NCBI RefSeq assembly: GCF_963576615.1
Contig: NC_088708.1
Location: forward strand, 42,861,115 to 42,925,114
DNA: 64,000 nucleotides
Origin: Watersipora subatra
Lineage: Eukaryota
Reading direction: 5' to 3'
The translations under genes were made by a program, and so were the position numbers. Below are positions 49,404-62,069 of this stretch, one piece after another (positions within the stretch are counted from its first letter, which is position 1; every line of letters starts with the position of its first letter). The notes beneath the pieces are model-generated. The model was not told where the DNA came from. It made no database searches and saw nothing but the letters and a program-made list of their open reading frames with translations.

Positions 49404-49919
49404 GCCATAAACAACTTTACACTGAGGTGAGACAAGTGATGCAAGAAATGAGGTGGAATTGCTTACACTGATTTCCAAAATGCATCAAAGTCTGCAAAAA
49501 CATGTAGGTCACAGGTAGGTCATTGACCCTAGGTCACCGAAAGAATGATAAATTATTCATGTCAGAGGTCATTGTATGGAAGACAGCAGGGTGAAGCAGT
49601 TTTGGTCATGTGTAGAACTTGACTACTATAAAACAGCAGCTCGTAGCCACTTTAATAACTGCTCAATATCTCAGAGCTCAGTCAGTATCTAGAAACTGGT
49701 TAGTTGTGGTTCCTGTACTATGGTTCTCATATCAAATAAAGCGTGTTAATATAAACGATCTCAGATTTTTATCTGTGCAACCATTGATGTCACTACAAAT
49801 CTAAAATTTAATTTGTCAATTAATAATCTCTTTTAGAGAAAAATGCTTAACATACCGTACCAAAGGCACTGAATAGAGTTCTTTACAGCTGTAGCACAGA
49901 TATGTATAAGTCCTCAGAT

Positions 49920-49998
49920 GGTGGTTGAGTAGCTCAGTTGGTTAGAGCGTCAGACTAATAAGCTGGATATCATGGGTTCAAGTCCCATATTGGTCAAC
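49920..49998 (+). ncRNA. tRNA-like sequence resembling tRNA-Ile(AAT). It is a probable tRNA pseudogene or SINE head rather than a functional tRNA.
   Basis: A D-arm TAGCTCAGTTGGTTAGAGCG, an anticodon-loop candidate CTAATAA and a T-arm ATGGGTTCAAGTCCCAT are all present. The acceptor stem pairs poorly, with several G-U pairs and one mismatch. The anticodon stem has an A-G mismatch. Confidence 0.4.
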
Positions 49999-50816
49999 AT
50001 TTTAGTTGTCTCACTATGAAATCGAATTTAGTGCCATTTTCATTCAAAAAAGTGTGGTATTCACTTTTAACACCCCGTATAGGCGGCGATTCCAAAGTTT
50101 TGTTGAGCCTAACCCTGGAGGAGTACCAAAGAAAGTCACACACACATTTTCAAAAAGATTGTTTAATTAGAAGTTAGCTTCCATAGAGGACAAACATACA
50201 GACAACCAAAGCAAACTGTACTGTACATGTGTACAAACGTACTATTTTTAGTTGCCCATCCATAATAACTTTAATAAAATAAAGTGCTCATTTTCATATG
50301 GCAACAAAAAGTAATAAACAACAAAAAGCTACACTATATTATATTTTGCTCTCGCTGTGTCTTCATACCTATAATACATCATAATGAGAAACACAGAGAG
50401 AGTATTTGTATAAAACTATTGAAGTGATAAACCTTACACATTTAGGTAAGTGATCAAATGACCGGCATGTTAGTTTAGTATATTGTTAGGATGATAGTTA
50501 ACTATCTCGGTGAAAATATCTACTTTTGGTAAACGGAGTATTTGATTAATGCGAGCAGGCATTATTCTGGTTAATTCCTTGAAACCAACAATTTTAGTAA
50601 ATAAATCAGATAACAGTTCTGTGCCCAGTCTTCTGAGTAAACACGCAGAACAAATAGCAAATTCAGTATATGAATATTGAAAACCGAGCCTCATTCTATG
50701 AGGCTTAGTAACAAGTGGCAGAACAAGCTGTAGTCTGACACAATGTTGAGGAGAACAGTAAATTTTTTGAGTACCAATATGTCACCTAACCAAAAATAGT
50801 TACAACTAAAACCTAC

Positions 50817-50911
50817 CTCTTGCAGCATCACCGTAGTAGGACCATCTTCAGCAGACTCCGCAAACTCGGACCATGGATACTTCTCTCTTGTGCAGAATGC
50901 AAATGGCATGT
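50817..50911 (-). CDS. UPB1: UPB1 exon 4
   Basis: (N)[31 protein letters not shown] is from ORF 50691..50930. Human [26 protein letters not shown] is near-identical. Confidence 0.9.
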
Positions 50912-51039
50912 CTGTAAGCATTTCAAACATGGCTCCAGTTGAATATATACAATTTTTTTGCAGGAAAAGTAGCCTCTACTTGCAACATAAAGAAAATATT
51001 GTTAAAATACTTATTTGGTTTACTGTTGTAAATACCTAC

Positions 51040-51127
51040 TCCAAGCTTCCTGCATGCATACTATGTTGCAACCACATTGCGCCGCTACCTCTATAATGTC
51101 ACTTATTCTTTTGAACAGAGCCTCTCT
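51040..51127 (-). CDS. UPB1: UPB1 exon 3
   Basis: REALFKRISDIIEVAAQCGCNIVCMQEAW, compared with human [29 protein letters not shown]. Both are 29 residues. Confidence 0.8.
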
Positions 51128-51376
51128 CTACAAAACAGCAGTTTTGAAATGCATTGAATCAATTATGCTCCAATACATGAACTGATTGTCTCGCCTTGCA
51201 ATTCCAGCAAACTTTAAATCTTCAAGGTAATACTTTATCATTAAATTGCAGGTAAATTGCCAAATCTCAGAAAAAGCAAGAGTCAGTATCACTTTGTCAC
51301 CTGTTCGTAAATAAGTTTACAATCCTTGATTAAATTGCTCTATTCCAATGCAATAATATAAAAGAAACTTCTCTAC

Positions 51377-51554
51377 CTGCTCAACGACGGGTTTGTCTGT
51401 AGGTAGAAGGATTTGATTCTGTATTGCACCAATCCTAACCAATCGTGGAAGCCTTGTCTGCTCTGTAGCAGCCAATGACTTTAGTGTGTAACTAGCTAGT
51501 TCAAAGTTCCTCTCCTGAGCAAGATCTATAGCTGACTGGGGTATCGTCAAAGGA
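51377..51554 (-). CDS. UPB1: UPB1 exon 2
   Basis: PLTIPQSAIDLAQERNFELASYTLKSLAATEQTRLPRLVRIGAIQNQILLPTDKPVVEQ is from ORF 51317..51616. Compare human [52 protein letters not shown]. Confidence 0.85.
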
Positions 51555-51743
51555 CTAAATGTCACAGAAATATCAAAGAAAGCGTTAATGGCTGTATAAG
51601 TATATAACCGAAACAATGCAAATTCATTTTGTATATCTATAAAAACAGATTACAGCTGGTAAATGTGTACTTAATCACTTAAATTTGTGTATACAACTGC
51701 GATAAAAAAACTTGAGAAAGAAAATACGATCGTAATAGCTTAC

Positions 51744-51853
51744 GGTGAAGGTTTGCCATATAAAATCCTAAGAACCTCGCTTTTTTCCTCTGCAGGCAAG
51801 TGTTCATGAAGACTCTTTTCAACAGTAGTGAATGAATCATTTTCTTGCGCCAT
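51744..51853 (-). CDS. UPB1: UPB1 exon 1 with the start codon
   Basis: MAQENDSFTTVEKSLHEHLPAEEKSEVLRILYGKPSP followed by a GTAAGC donor, compared with human ...[25 protein letters not shown]. The 11 exons together total 1161 nt, or 386 codons plus the stop. Confidence 0.8.
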
Positions 51854-52661
51854 AGTTGGTATGGCAAGCCTTTAGTCACAAGGTATACAGCTCTCCAAAG
51901 TTCTACAAATTGCAAACAAATATTCTACCCAGGCACTAGTATATACAAACTGACAGATCGCGTCAACCGTAAAGGCGTGTACAGTGGCTGCAAGGAAACG
52001 TACGTAGTACGAGCTCCTTAATTTTATCTGCGGGTTATAGCAATACCCCGAACATGTCTTCAAAATCCCGCTACTCCACAATGCTCACCCGATCAAGTTA
52101 ATTGTGTGGAAGTTCCCATAAAGTTCTGGGGAAGAGCTACGGTATACGGCATATACGGTAGAAAAAAATCCCGTTTTTATCATAAGTCTCATTTCCCTTT
52201 GACCATAATTCAGCAACAATAACAATTGTTGCTGAACTTTGTACTCACCCTCTGTGCATAGTCTAGCCTGTATGCAAGCCAGACTTGGTGTTGGTTTATT
52301 ATTTTACAATAAGGCTCCACAGCCTCCAATCACTAATTACTCGTCTCACTTCGGGCTAGTAGCAAAATGAAGATGATACACTATTCTGAATAAATTACGT
52401 TACATGTATTTACTATTTCCTACATCAATTACCCGCAGGATTGGAGTCAGAGAGATTAAGCGGGTTGTTACGAGACTTTTAAAATAGGAAATTTTTCTAT
52501 CGTATACCGTGCACTATGACTGCAGGACTTTTTGGATGAGAACTAGTATTTACCTAAACGATCTCTCTACGTTGACTTCTTATCATAGCTAGAATAATTA
52601 TACAATTAAAACCAAAGTAACAAGCCACAAACAACTTAAATTTTACGAATGCATATATATT

Positions 52662-55600
52662 TGTTGAGTGAGTGAGTTTTCAGCTTTGGGTACTCATTCT
52701 GAGTAGAGATGATGGGAACCAGTGGTGTAATATTCAGATTAACATACAGGTATTGTGCATTTACTTGTACAACTACAGGATGTTGCAGCATAACAGGAAG
52801 TGATCTAAGGAGCAGCTAATTAATCTAATAATCTGATTGGCTAATGTAGATAAACATATAAGTGTAATGATATGGATAATACATATATGGAGTTGGCTAT
52901 ACGGAGAGGGTAACTCCTAATTAGTCAGTCAGCTGTAGATTGTCTCTCAATACGCCACTCTATTTGGAGCAGACTAATTGCAGAATTGTGTTGCAGCTTG
53001 CCATTAGGTTTAGTGAGCACATCTGCAGGGTTGTTATGAGTTTCTACGTATTTGTAAGTAATGCCATTTTGCTCCTTCACGAAGTGGTAGCGGATATCTA
53101 TGTGTTTAGTTCGGTTATGATATTCTGCATTACTGTCAGCTATAGTAATCGTGCCCTGATTATCGCAATATATGATTGTCGGCGTAGGAACTGTTATGCT
53201 TAGCGATGCACAGAGGCTTCGTAGGTGAAGCATCTCCTTTGTGCACTCAGCTAATGCCATATATTCAGCTTCGCAGCTGAATAGAGCAACTGTTGGCTGT
53301 TTGCGTGTTTTCCAACTTACTGGCACACTACCTAGAGTACTGACGTAGCCAGTCGTTGATCTTCAATCTTCTATGCTTCCAGCCCAATCTGAATCTGTAT
53401 ATGCTTTCAGATTGTTGTCAGTAGGTTTGTAGACTAGTGTATACGATTTCGTTCTCCTAATGTACTGGAACAGGTGCTTGACTGCTGTAACGTGCTTCAT
53501 ACTCAGCTTATTTAGGTATTGTGATAGTTTGAATATAGGCCAAGATATATCTGGTCGTGTCACACTCAAGTAGATTAGACTACCAACGGCTTGATGGTAC
53601 GGAAACTTACTCGATAGGAAGGCTTGATATTCTTGATCAGTTGCCTTTTGTAGTTGTATGCTCTTTTAGGCGGGTGTACTTGTTGCTTTAGCATCTGTCA
53701 CGTTGAAGCGTTTCAGAATAGCTTCGGCATATTTTTCTTGACTCATGTTGTAGTTGCCATTTTCAGTACGTCTGAAGTTGATACCAAGAAACCACTTTAG
53801 TTCTCCTCGGTCATCCATTTGGAATTTGCTGTGTAAGGTTTGTTTGATAGAGTTTATGGTTTTTATGTTTTTTGGCGACGATTATTATGTCGTCTACCCA
53901 AAATAAGATTAGAGAGCTGTCAACGGTAGTATGTTTGATGTATACGCACGAGTCAGTTTTGCTCGGTGTGTAGTCTTGAGATCTGAGGAATTCTGTCAGC
54001 GTAGCATGCCAACTTCTTCCACTCTGTTTTAGTCCGTAAAGCGACTTTTTAAGATGGCATGTTAGGCGTTTACTGTCTTCGGTCTGTTCGTACCCGGTTG
54101 GTTGCTCAACGTAAATGTTTTTATCGATAGGAGCATTGAGGTAAGCTTCTTTGACATTCATTCGATGTAGCTGTAGCCTGTCATTAACAGCCTTTTGTAG
54201 CAGTATAAAGATTGACGTCATGCGTGTAGTAGGCGAGTATGTATTGTCATAATCGAACTCTACTTGTTGCGAGTAGCCTTTGGCAATGTACCTAGCTTTG
54301 TATTGTACTTTATCGGCTACTGTTCCTTGTTTGAGTGTATACACCCATTTGCTTTTTGTTTCAGTACGATCTTTCAGTAACGGTTTTATGTCCCATGTGT
54401 CATTGTTTGTCAGAGTTGTCATCTCTTTGTCCATAGCTGCTTTCCATTTTGAAGCATTTTCTGAGCTTACTGCTTCATCGTAGGTTTTAGGTATAAACGG
54501 CATAGCAGCATATGCATAATCTACTGAGGTCGTCAGTTGGTAGTCCGTTAGATATGTAGGTGGCTTTCTTTCACGGCTAGATCAACGAGGCGTCTCGGTG
54601 TTCTCTGTACTGTTTGGGGTTGTAGTTTCGGTGTCGTTTACTACTGTTTGCTTACTGCCTTTTCGTTGTAGTGGTAGCGGGTCGTAGGTACCATAGTCAT
54701 CAGTCAGGGGCTGTGTGTCAGCTGTGTTGTTGTAAGGGAGTCTTCTGTACATGTGTACATTTCGCGGCGTTAGAATTTTATTGGTTTGTGTATCAAGAAT
54801 GTAGCGACCGTGGTTTCTATGATTAACACCTTGGTAGATACCTTCCTGTCCCCTAGGCTGTAGTTTTTGCTTGTGTCCTTCTGTGTAGAATGTACACAAT
54901 GAACACAAGTCATGTAGTTTAGTCATATCAGGCTTTATGTTTGTAAATAGTTCGTAAGCAGTCGATTTAGTTCTCCTTTGATACGATCGGTTTCTTATAT
55001 ACACAGCATGGCGTATGGCGTATGACCAGTACATTTTCGGTAATGTAGTTTCCGTGATCAGACAGCGTGACATTTTTAAAATAGTATGTCAGGAAAGTTC
55101 AGATTTTCCATTTTGGTACAGCGAGTACGGTGTTGTAGTCGTTTGTTTAATACCTCTTTCTGTAAGAATAGATTAAAAGTCACTGCTGAGATACTCACTA
55201 CCGTTGTCACTGTGTAATTCGAGTACGGTTCCAATCGGTGCAACATCAGCTAACAATGTCTTTAGTGCTATGCTAGCTTCATCTTCTGAACGTGGTGCAT
55301 TTACCAACAGCATACTAAAAACTCGTCGATAAAGTTTATGATATATTTGTACCCTTCCTTCAATACCGTGTCACTAGGTCCACATATGTCGGTATGTACA
55401 CGTTATAACGGCTTTGTGGTGTGTATTGGTGGGTCGTCGTTTGCCTTAGGTTGCTTTGTTGGTTTGTTTTCTTTGCATGTTTGACAAGAGTTCATGTGTT
55501 TTTTAGGAGACGGTGCTATCTTCATCCCACAGGTTACATGCTGTAGCTGCTGTATATCTTCGTAGTTTGTATGCCCTAATGTTGTATGCCACTCTTCGAT

Positions 55601-57229
55601 TGTACGGGTATTGTATAACAAGTCGTGTTTGTTACTATTGTCGTCAGTTTGCAGGAAATACAGCTGACTTTGTTTGACAACGTTGAAGTTAGTGTTTTTG
55701 GAAGTGAGATAAGCTGTATCTTTAGCAAATGTAACTTGTGCTCCTGCTTCGGTGGCAGCACAAACGGAGAACAGACTTGTAGGAAATGTTGGTGCTAGCA
55801 ATGCATTTGTAAGTGTGATTTTAGTCGGATTGTTTTCTGAGTCGTATATTACAAAATCTGCATTTCCTCTCTTTGCGGCAAGTTCGTTACTGCAACGGCC
55901 ATCGGCAAGCTGTATGTAATGTTTACTTGAGTCGAATGTATCATCATATGTAGTAAAGTGTGTGGCGTCGTTTACGTTATGACACGTAGCTCTACAGTCA
56001 ACCAACAAGCTATTGTAAAAATTGTCTGTATGTTTGTCGGTGTTAGTTATATTTCTGCATGTGTTTTAGGGTTACAGATGACTGTAAAACTAAATGTTGA
56101 TGTCAATGCACTGGCTGACGTGTGTTTGTAGCGGTCGGTTTCCTTTTTCTTTTGGAGACATACAACTTCAACGTGACTAGGCCTTTTACAGTATTCACGG
56201 CTAATTTTGACTTTGATCTACACTCGCGTGCCCTGTGACCTGGTTTCACACATGCCAGACATACCTGTTTGTTATTGTGCGTAGGTAGTTTTGCCTTAAG
56301 CGTATAGTGATATTGCCTAGGTTTAGTACTAGCTGCCATGGCGGTTGATTGTTTTGTAGTATTACGGGCAGTTTCGGTGTTTACACGGTTACGTAGTGCA
56401 GCTTTAAATTCAGTTAAGGACTTTTTCTGGTCAGTTTGTGTATGCACAACGACGAATGAGTTGAAAGCTGCTGGCAAGCCTTTCAAAAGCATAGCGATTA
56501 TAAGATTGTCAGATATTGTTTCCTCAGCTGAACGTAAACCAGTAGCAGCTTTTTCGGCTCTAATCAAGTAATCGGTTACATCCTCTGTCTCTGTCATATC
56601 TATTGTAGTTAGCTCTTCATATAAAGTCATAATTCTAGGTTTCTCAGTATTAGCATAGTGTTGTCTGAGTAATAGCAAAGCTTTTCATTCATCATCTTTG
56701 GCATTATTCATGATCAGTTGAAATGAATGTTCATCAATAACTTAGACAAGCTCTGCGTATACTCCCCTGTTTTTGTCTGCAAAGTCTGTGTCATCCTCTT
56801 CTTCTTCTTCTTCAGCAAAAGGTAGTATGGCTTTGTACATGCCTTTGTCTGTAGTGTATATATAGTTAGTAAAACGTGTTTCCCATATAGCATATAATTC
56901 CATCTCTTCATTGAAGGGCAGGCGTCTTCTGGGCCCACAACCTGTTGAGTAAGTGAGTTTTCTGCTTTGGGTATTCATCCTGAGTAGAGATGATAAGAAT
57001 CAGTGGTTAATATTCAGATTAACATATCATTTATTTATTTGTACAACTATAAGCTTTTGCAGCATAACAGGAAGAGAGTTAAGTCAGCAGCTAATTAATC
57101 TAATAATCTGATTGGCTAATGTAGATAAACATATACATGTAAGTGTAATGATATAAATAATATATGGAGTTGTCTATACGGAGAGAGTAACTCCTAATTA
57201 GTCAATCAGTTGTAGATTGTCTCTCAATA
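52662..57229 (-). mobile_element. Ty1/copia LTR retrotransposon, degenerate, with frameshifted pol
   Basis: Direct LTRs of about 290 bp lie at 52662..52952 and 56944..57229 and are about 90% identical. Minus-strand ORFs follow the copia order. Gag with the knuckle CLACVKPGHRARECRS is at 56103..56678. Protease and integrase N-terminus at 55403..56008 read HTTLGHTNYEDIQQL. Integrase is at 54582..55073. RT at 53811..54503 reads YVDDIIIVAKK. RNase H at 52925..53569 ends YHFVKE. Confidence 0.8.
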
Positions 57230-57599
57230 ATATCACACACTAGAGATGTATATCAAACGCTGAACGTGTATCGCACAACATCATTTTCATATTTACAAGT
57301 TACTTAGCATCACAATGGATGTCACCTCTGTACATGTAATTTAAATGCATGCGTGCATCATGAATACTACTTGTGCTGCTCCTTTTTTGCTCATGATGAA
57401 AGCAAATGTTCTGTATGAGCATAGTATGAGTGATTATTCTAGTACTAGTATCATAATGTATGATGCCACATTATTGACAAAATACAGTAATAAACTCTTC
57501 CTTAAATAACTCTTATAAATCTTAAATCTGTACATATATTCAAATTTAGTGTTTGTTTGTCATCTGTCATTTATGTGTCCAGTTATAGCAATCTACTAG

Positions 57600-58385
57600 C
57601 GGATTGCCCAGTGTTGTACGAGTATTAAAAACAGCTTATAAACAGTGACAGGTAATGTAGTTACCTACCACTTGCCATTAGCCTGGCTCATTGCCAAAGA
57701 CTATTTTGAGTAGCTACTATCCGTATTACTAAATTTATTAATATGAGCCATGAGAGCAAGCTTTAGTTGCGTAACGCAGAATGTTATGTCTAGTTTAACA
57801 GTCATAACGGCTCATATCACCTCAGAATTCAATGTATCTTGTGTAGCTTAGTTGGTAAGATATTTGCCTGGTGAACGGGAGGTCCCGAAATCGAATCCAG
57901 CATAAAGTGGATATTTCATTTCAACATTTTAATAGCTATAGCTAGACACACCGTAGTACAGAATCACAAAAAACACAAACACTGAGGTTTATATATATAT
58001 ATAGACAGATATAAATCTCAAAGTTTGTGTGTGTACTTCGGTTTGTCCAGCTATTAAAATATTGAAATAAAGAACCCGTATTACAGAATATTTGATTGCA
58101 GAACCTGCTGTTTGCCCAAGCAAATATCTTACCAATTAACCTCCACAAGATGCATTGAAATCTGAGGCAATATGAGCCATTATGAGCCGTGTTACACAAC
58201 GCAACGTGACTAAAGCTTGCTCTCACGGCTCATATTGGTAAGTTTAGAAATACGGGTAATAGTGTACTCCAATTAGTCTTTGGCAGTGTGTAAGGCTAAC
58301 AGCAAGTGACAAGCAACTACATTACCTACAACAGTTTATAATCTGTTTTCAATACCCGTGCAACACTGGACATCCGGCTACTTAG
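57600..58385. repeat. Large palindrome or foldback with arms of about 390 bp centred near 57995. Each arm ends in a tRNA-like SINE module.
   Basis: The reverse complement of 58195..58380 aligns with 57600..57790 at about 80% identity, for example ...CCAGTGTTG(T/C)ACG.GTATT.AAAACAG.TTATAAAC...GCCAAAGACTA.TT.GAGTA...ATATGAGCC.TGAGAGCAAGCTTTAGT... The tRNA-like heads at 57842 (plus strand) and 58150 (minus strand) face each other across a (TA)n core. Confidence 0.7.
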
Positions 58386-59924
58386 GTTGTATGAATGAGA
58401 AAATTTGCTTTGCACTGGATTTGAGCTCAGGACCTCCAGTTCTACACACAGGCATACCATCCATTATGCTACACGTCCAACTGGCCATAATGTTAAATAA
58501 TTGTACACAATATTTAATGCCGATTGGTTAAAATAGCTTCAGACTTCATCTAGCACGCTTGAAGATCATGTTAGCGTGAGAGATCATGTGACAGTCTTTT
58601 TTTCTAACTCTGGCTTCAAAGGAATGGACACAGCCCTTATTATAGTAAATACATGTATTTAAACTTGTTTAAGTTACGCAAATTCATTGGATAAAGAAAC
58701 TTAGCCAATTAAAAGTAATTTTCTATGCAAAAGTTTTTATTACCCGTGCAACACTGGACATTCATTAGTACCATACTAAATTAAACATGTAGATGTGGCA
58801 TTTATCTACGTGTTCAACATAATTTAGCTCTTGTAGAATAAGTAAGAGGATAAAATGCAAATATGTATACAGAAGTTAGTATTTACCCACATGCACCAGT
58901 GAAACCACATGCACCAGTGAAACCAGTCTGAATGATGAGAATATTTTAATCAAAACACTAAACCATTTTAGCTTTTTGTCTAAAATATTTAGTCAAAACA
59001 GTGTTTTAGTTATGCAAGATTTCAGGCTTGTGGACTGTTATCACCTAATAACAGTATTTTTTTGCCCTGCTTTGGCGATGCTTATATCTTACTTAAATGT
59101 AACTACTAAATATATTCTTTGTAAATAACATAATGAAAAATAGTATTTATTGGGCTGCAGTAGCCAGACTCTAACATTTTGTGCATATACATGTACTACT
59201 AAGCTAGCTTTCAAAAAACCTTTTTGTATTAACATTTTTAACAGGTTTCATTAACATTAAAAACCGATAAAAGCAAATAATGCATTTTAATATGACTAAC
59301 ATTAAATAGCAGTGTTAGTGTATAAAAACCTGAGCTAAAGAAACAGCATACTCAAAATTTATAAAAACTTTCATTTAATTTTCTGTAAATTATTTTTGAA
59401 AACATTTTTGAATAGCTGAGAGAGTAATGGTATTTTTAAAATATAAACTGAGAGCAGCCACTCTATGATATAATTACATTAAAATAAATTTTGTTAAAGC
59501 TTTTATGATCATGTAAAAATTGACTTCGTGTTATCAGTGTCTATGCTAAGAGACATGTCACCAGTTAGTTGCACAGCGTCAGCTACCATCGTTAAAGTTA
59601 GCTTTTCTCTATGAACAACTTCACAAATTTTATTATAGTTATATTATATTATAGTTATTATATTATAGTTACATTTATTACATGTACAATGTACATCTAC
59701 TTTCATGTAAGTAATAATTAGCATGCAAGTTAATAAAACTTATAGCACTGAAAAAACTGAAGCTAAGCATCTGAAGTCAAGAAAGATTTTTGATAAAATT
59801 TAGGCTACTCCAGTTAGATGCTCGAAGTAGTATTAGCAGTAATCGTAAGTGTAAGAGTTGTGGTAATGGTCACTGATGACCTAATTGGTCGCTGCTGTCA
59901 TCAAAATGGATTTGGTAATTGAAT

Positions 59925-60500
59925 GTCTCTTGTACAACTGCAAAGGCACCTACTGTAGTTTTGCTGAGGCCCCCTACTGTACTACATTAGGGGCCCCCAC
60001 TGTATTGATGCAGAGCCTCCTACTATACTGCTGCAAAGGCCTCTCCTGTACTATCGCAGAAACCCTACTGTACTGCTGCAGAGGCTTCACTGTACTGCTG
60101 CAAGGACTTTACTGTGCTGTTGCAAAGGCCCTACTACACTGCTGCAGAGGCCCCCATTGTATTGATGCAAAGTCTCCTAATTTATTATTGCAGATGTCTT
60201 ACTGTACTGCTGCAGACACCCCCACCGTACTGCTAAAGAAGTCTTTACTGTACCACCGCAGAGGCACTCACTGTATTACCGCAGAGGCCCTAATGTTTTG
60301 CTGCAGAGGCTTTACTATACTGCTGCAGAGGCTCTACTGTACTTCTGCAGAGGCCTGTATTGTACTGCAGCTGTAGGAGCCCTTACTGTACTGCTGCAGA
60401 GGCCCTTACTGCAATGCGGCAGAGGCCCTTACTGTACTTCTGTAGAGGCCTGTATTGTACTGCTGTAGAGGCACCTAATGTACAGCTGCAGAGGCCCTTA
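59925..60500. repeat. 21-22-bp minisatellite (CTGCAGAGGCCCTACTGTACTG-like), left block
   Basis: Repeated ...TGCTGCAGAGGC(C/T)..ACTGTAC... units produce the spurious Cys/Leu-rich ORF 59885..60376. Confidence 0.85.
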
Positions 60501-60502
60501 CT

Positions 60503-61172
60503 TAGCCTGTCTTGACAAATTGTTGTTTTTGCGGAGTTGTCTTCCATCGAGCGGAGCGAGCAAAACAATGGCTTGTCACAATACGCACTGCACCTGATGC
60601 ATCAGCTGCACTGAAAGGGAGTTGTTCTCTTCCGTCTATGCGGCTTGGCTGCGGTGTTATGTCGGTCGCTCCATTGGTAATCACAGCGGATTTAGCCCAA
60701 AAACTCATGTAGAAAAAATAAGATAAAGAGGTTTAACCGGAGACCAGTCTCTGCGGTAAACTTTAGTAAAACTTAAGAATAAAATAAATTAAAAATAAAA
60801 TCAATAAGAACAAATAAAACTGACTGATACAAAAATAGAAATAAAACTGACTGAGCGCACAAATAACGACATGTTTAGTTGCTGTTGTTGCCTAAGTTCT
60901 CAAGCTCTACTAAAGTTTACCACAGAGACTGGTCTCTGGTTAAACGTTGTTATCTTATTTTTTTCTACATAAATTTTTGGGCTAAATTCGCTGTGATTAC
61001 CGATGTAGCGACCGACATAACATCGCAGCCAAACCGCATAGACTGAAGAGAACAACTCCCTTCAGTGCAGCTGATGCATCAGGTACAGTACGTATTGTGA
61101 CAAGCTATTGTTTTGCTCGCTTCGCTCACCAGGGAACAACTCCGCAAAAACAACAGTTTGTCAAGACAGGCT
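60503..61172. mobile_element. Foldback or MITE-like element with inverted arms of about 270 bp and a 130-bp AT-rich loop, inserted inside the minisatellite
   Basis: The arm at 60503..60775 is the reverse complement of 60905..61172, with high identity over about 270 bp. The termini read AGCCTGTCTTGACAAA... and ...TTTGTCAAGACAGGCT. The flanking CCCTTACT may be an 8-bp target-site duplication, but it is also part of the satellite unit. Confidence 0.7.
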
Positions 61173-61325
61173 AGCCCTTACTGCAATGGTGCAGAGGCCC
61201 TATTGTACTGCTGCAGAAGCCCCATTGTACTGCTGCAGAGACCTTTGCTGTACTGTTGCAAAGGCCCCTATTGTACTGCTGCAGAGGCCCTATTGTACGG
61301 CTGCAGAGGCCCCCTATTCGATTAG
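61173..61325. repeat. Same minisatellite, right block, in the same orientation as the left block
   Basis: TGCTGCAGAGGCCCTATTGTAC units resume immediately after the foldback. Confidence 0.8.
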
Positions 61326-62069
61326 AACCAGAAATGTTTGCTTTACATAAATTTTTTTTTTGAGTTTGGTGAGCTACTTCGCAAAAGTCAATTTAAAGGA
61401 TGAGAAAATGGAGGAGCATGATTAAATTTACATTGCAAATACTAATTTTCAATTGCTATCAGTTGTACATTAATATGACTTTATTCTCATAGAAAAAACT
61501 TGATAAGTGTAACCTGAATGTATACCTCAGTTTCATCCCTTCAGTGATGATGGGCATTTGCCCTTGCTATACTCTCGCAGGAAACTATGAGCCGCGCACA
61601 TACTGCGCCTTCTCTATATCCTCTTTTATTTTTTAAAACTTTGGCACCATCCCTTCAGCAGTTTTCTAAATATGCCCTGACCAGGGACGCCTGCAACGAG
61701 GGTCATGTCTCCCACCTTCAGAATTCGCAGGGTTATCACTTGTTGTACAGTACCTCATACATGTATGTATCATAGATGTCGCGGCTAATTTGTTGATTAT
61801 ATTGAGCACAGCAGTTTACAGCCATAAAAGCTGTGAGCGTTATCTCACATTGGTTTGAACGTATACATAAAACAAATTAAACAAAAGCTTTGCAGTAATA
61901 TGAACAGATCGCCTTCATTTTGCTAAAAATTAAATTTCCGTTTAAAGAGAGAATACATCAATGAAAGCATATAGTGACCTTTAATTATATCATAGCATCA
62001 ATGCTAAAAATAAAAAAGATTTAACCTATTTCATCTTGAACTCTCTGCTTCCTAATCAGTTTAGAGAGT

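Noticed and set aside
49920-49998. Calling a functional tRNA-Ile gene
   Set aside because: The acceptor and anticodon stems do not pair canonically in my hand fold, so it was downgraded to tRNA-like or pseudogene.
59885-61350. Cys/Leu-rich ORFs at 59885..60376 and 61108..61350
   Set aside because: They are translations of the CTGCAGAGGCC minisatellite flanking the foldback insert. The periodic sequence simply lacks stops.
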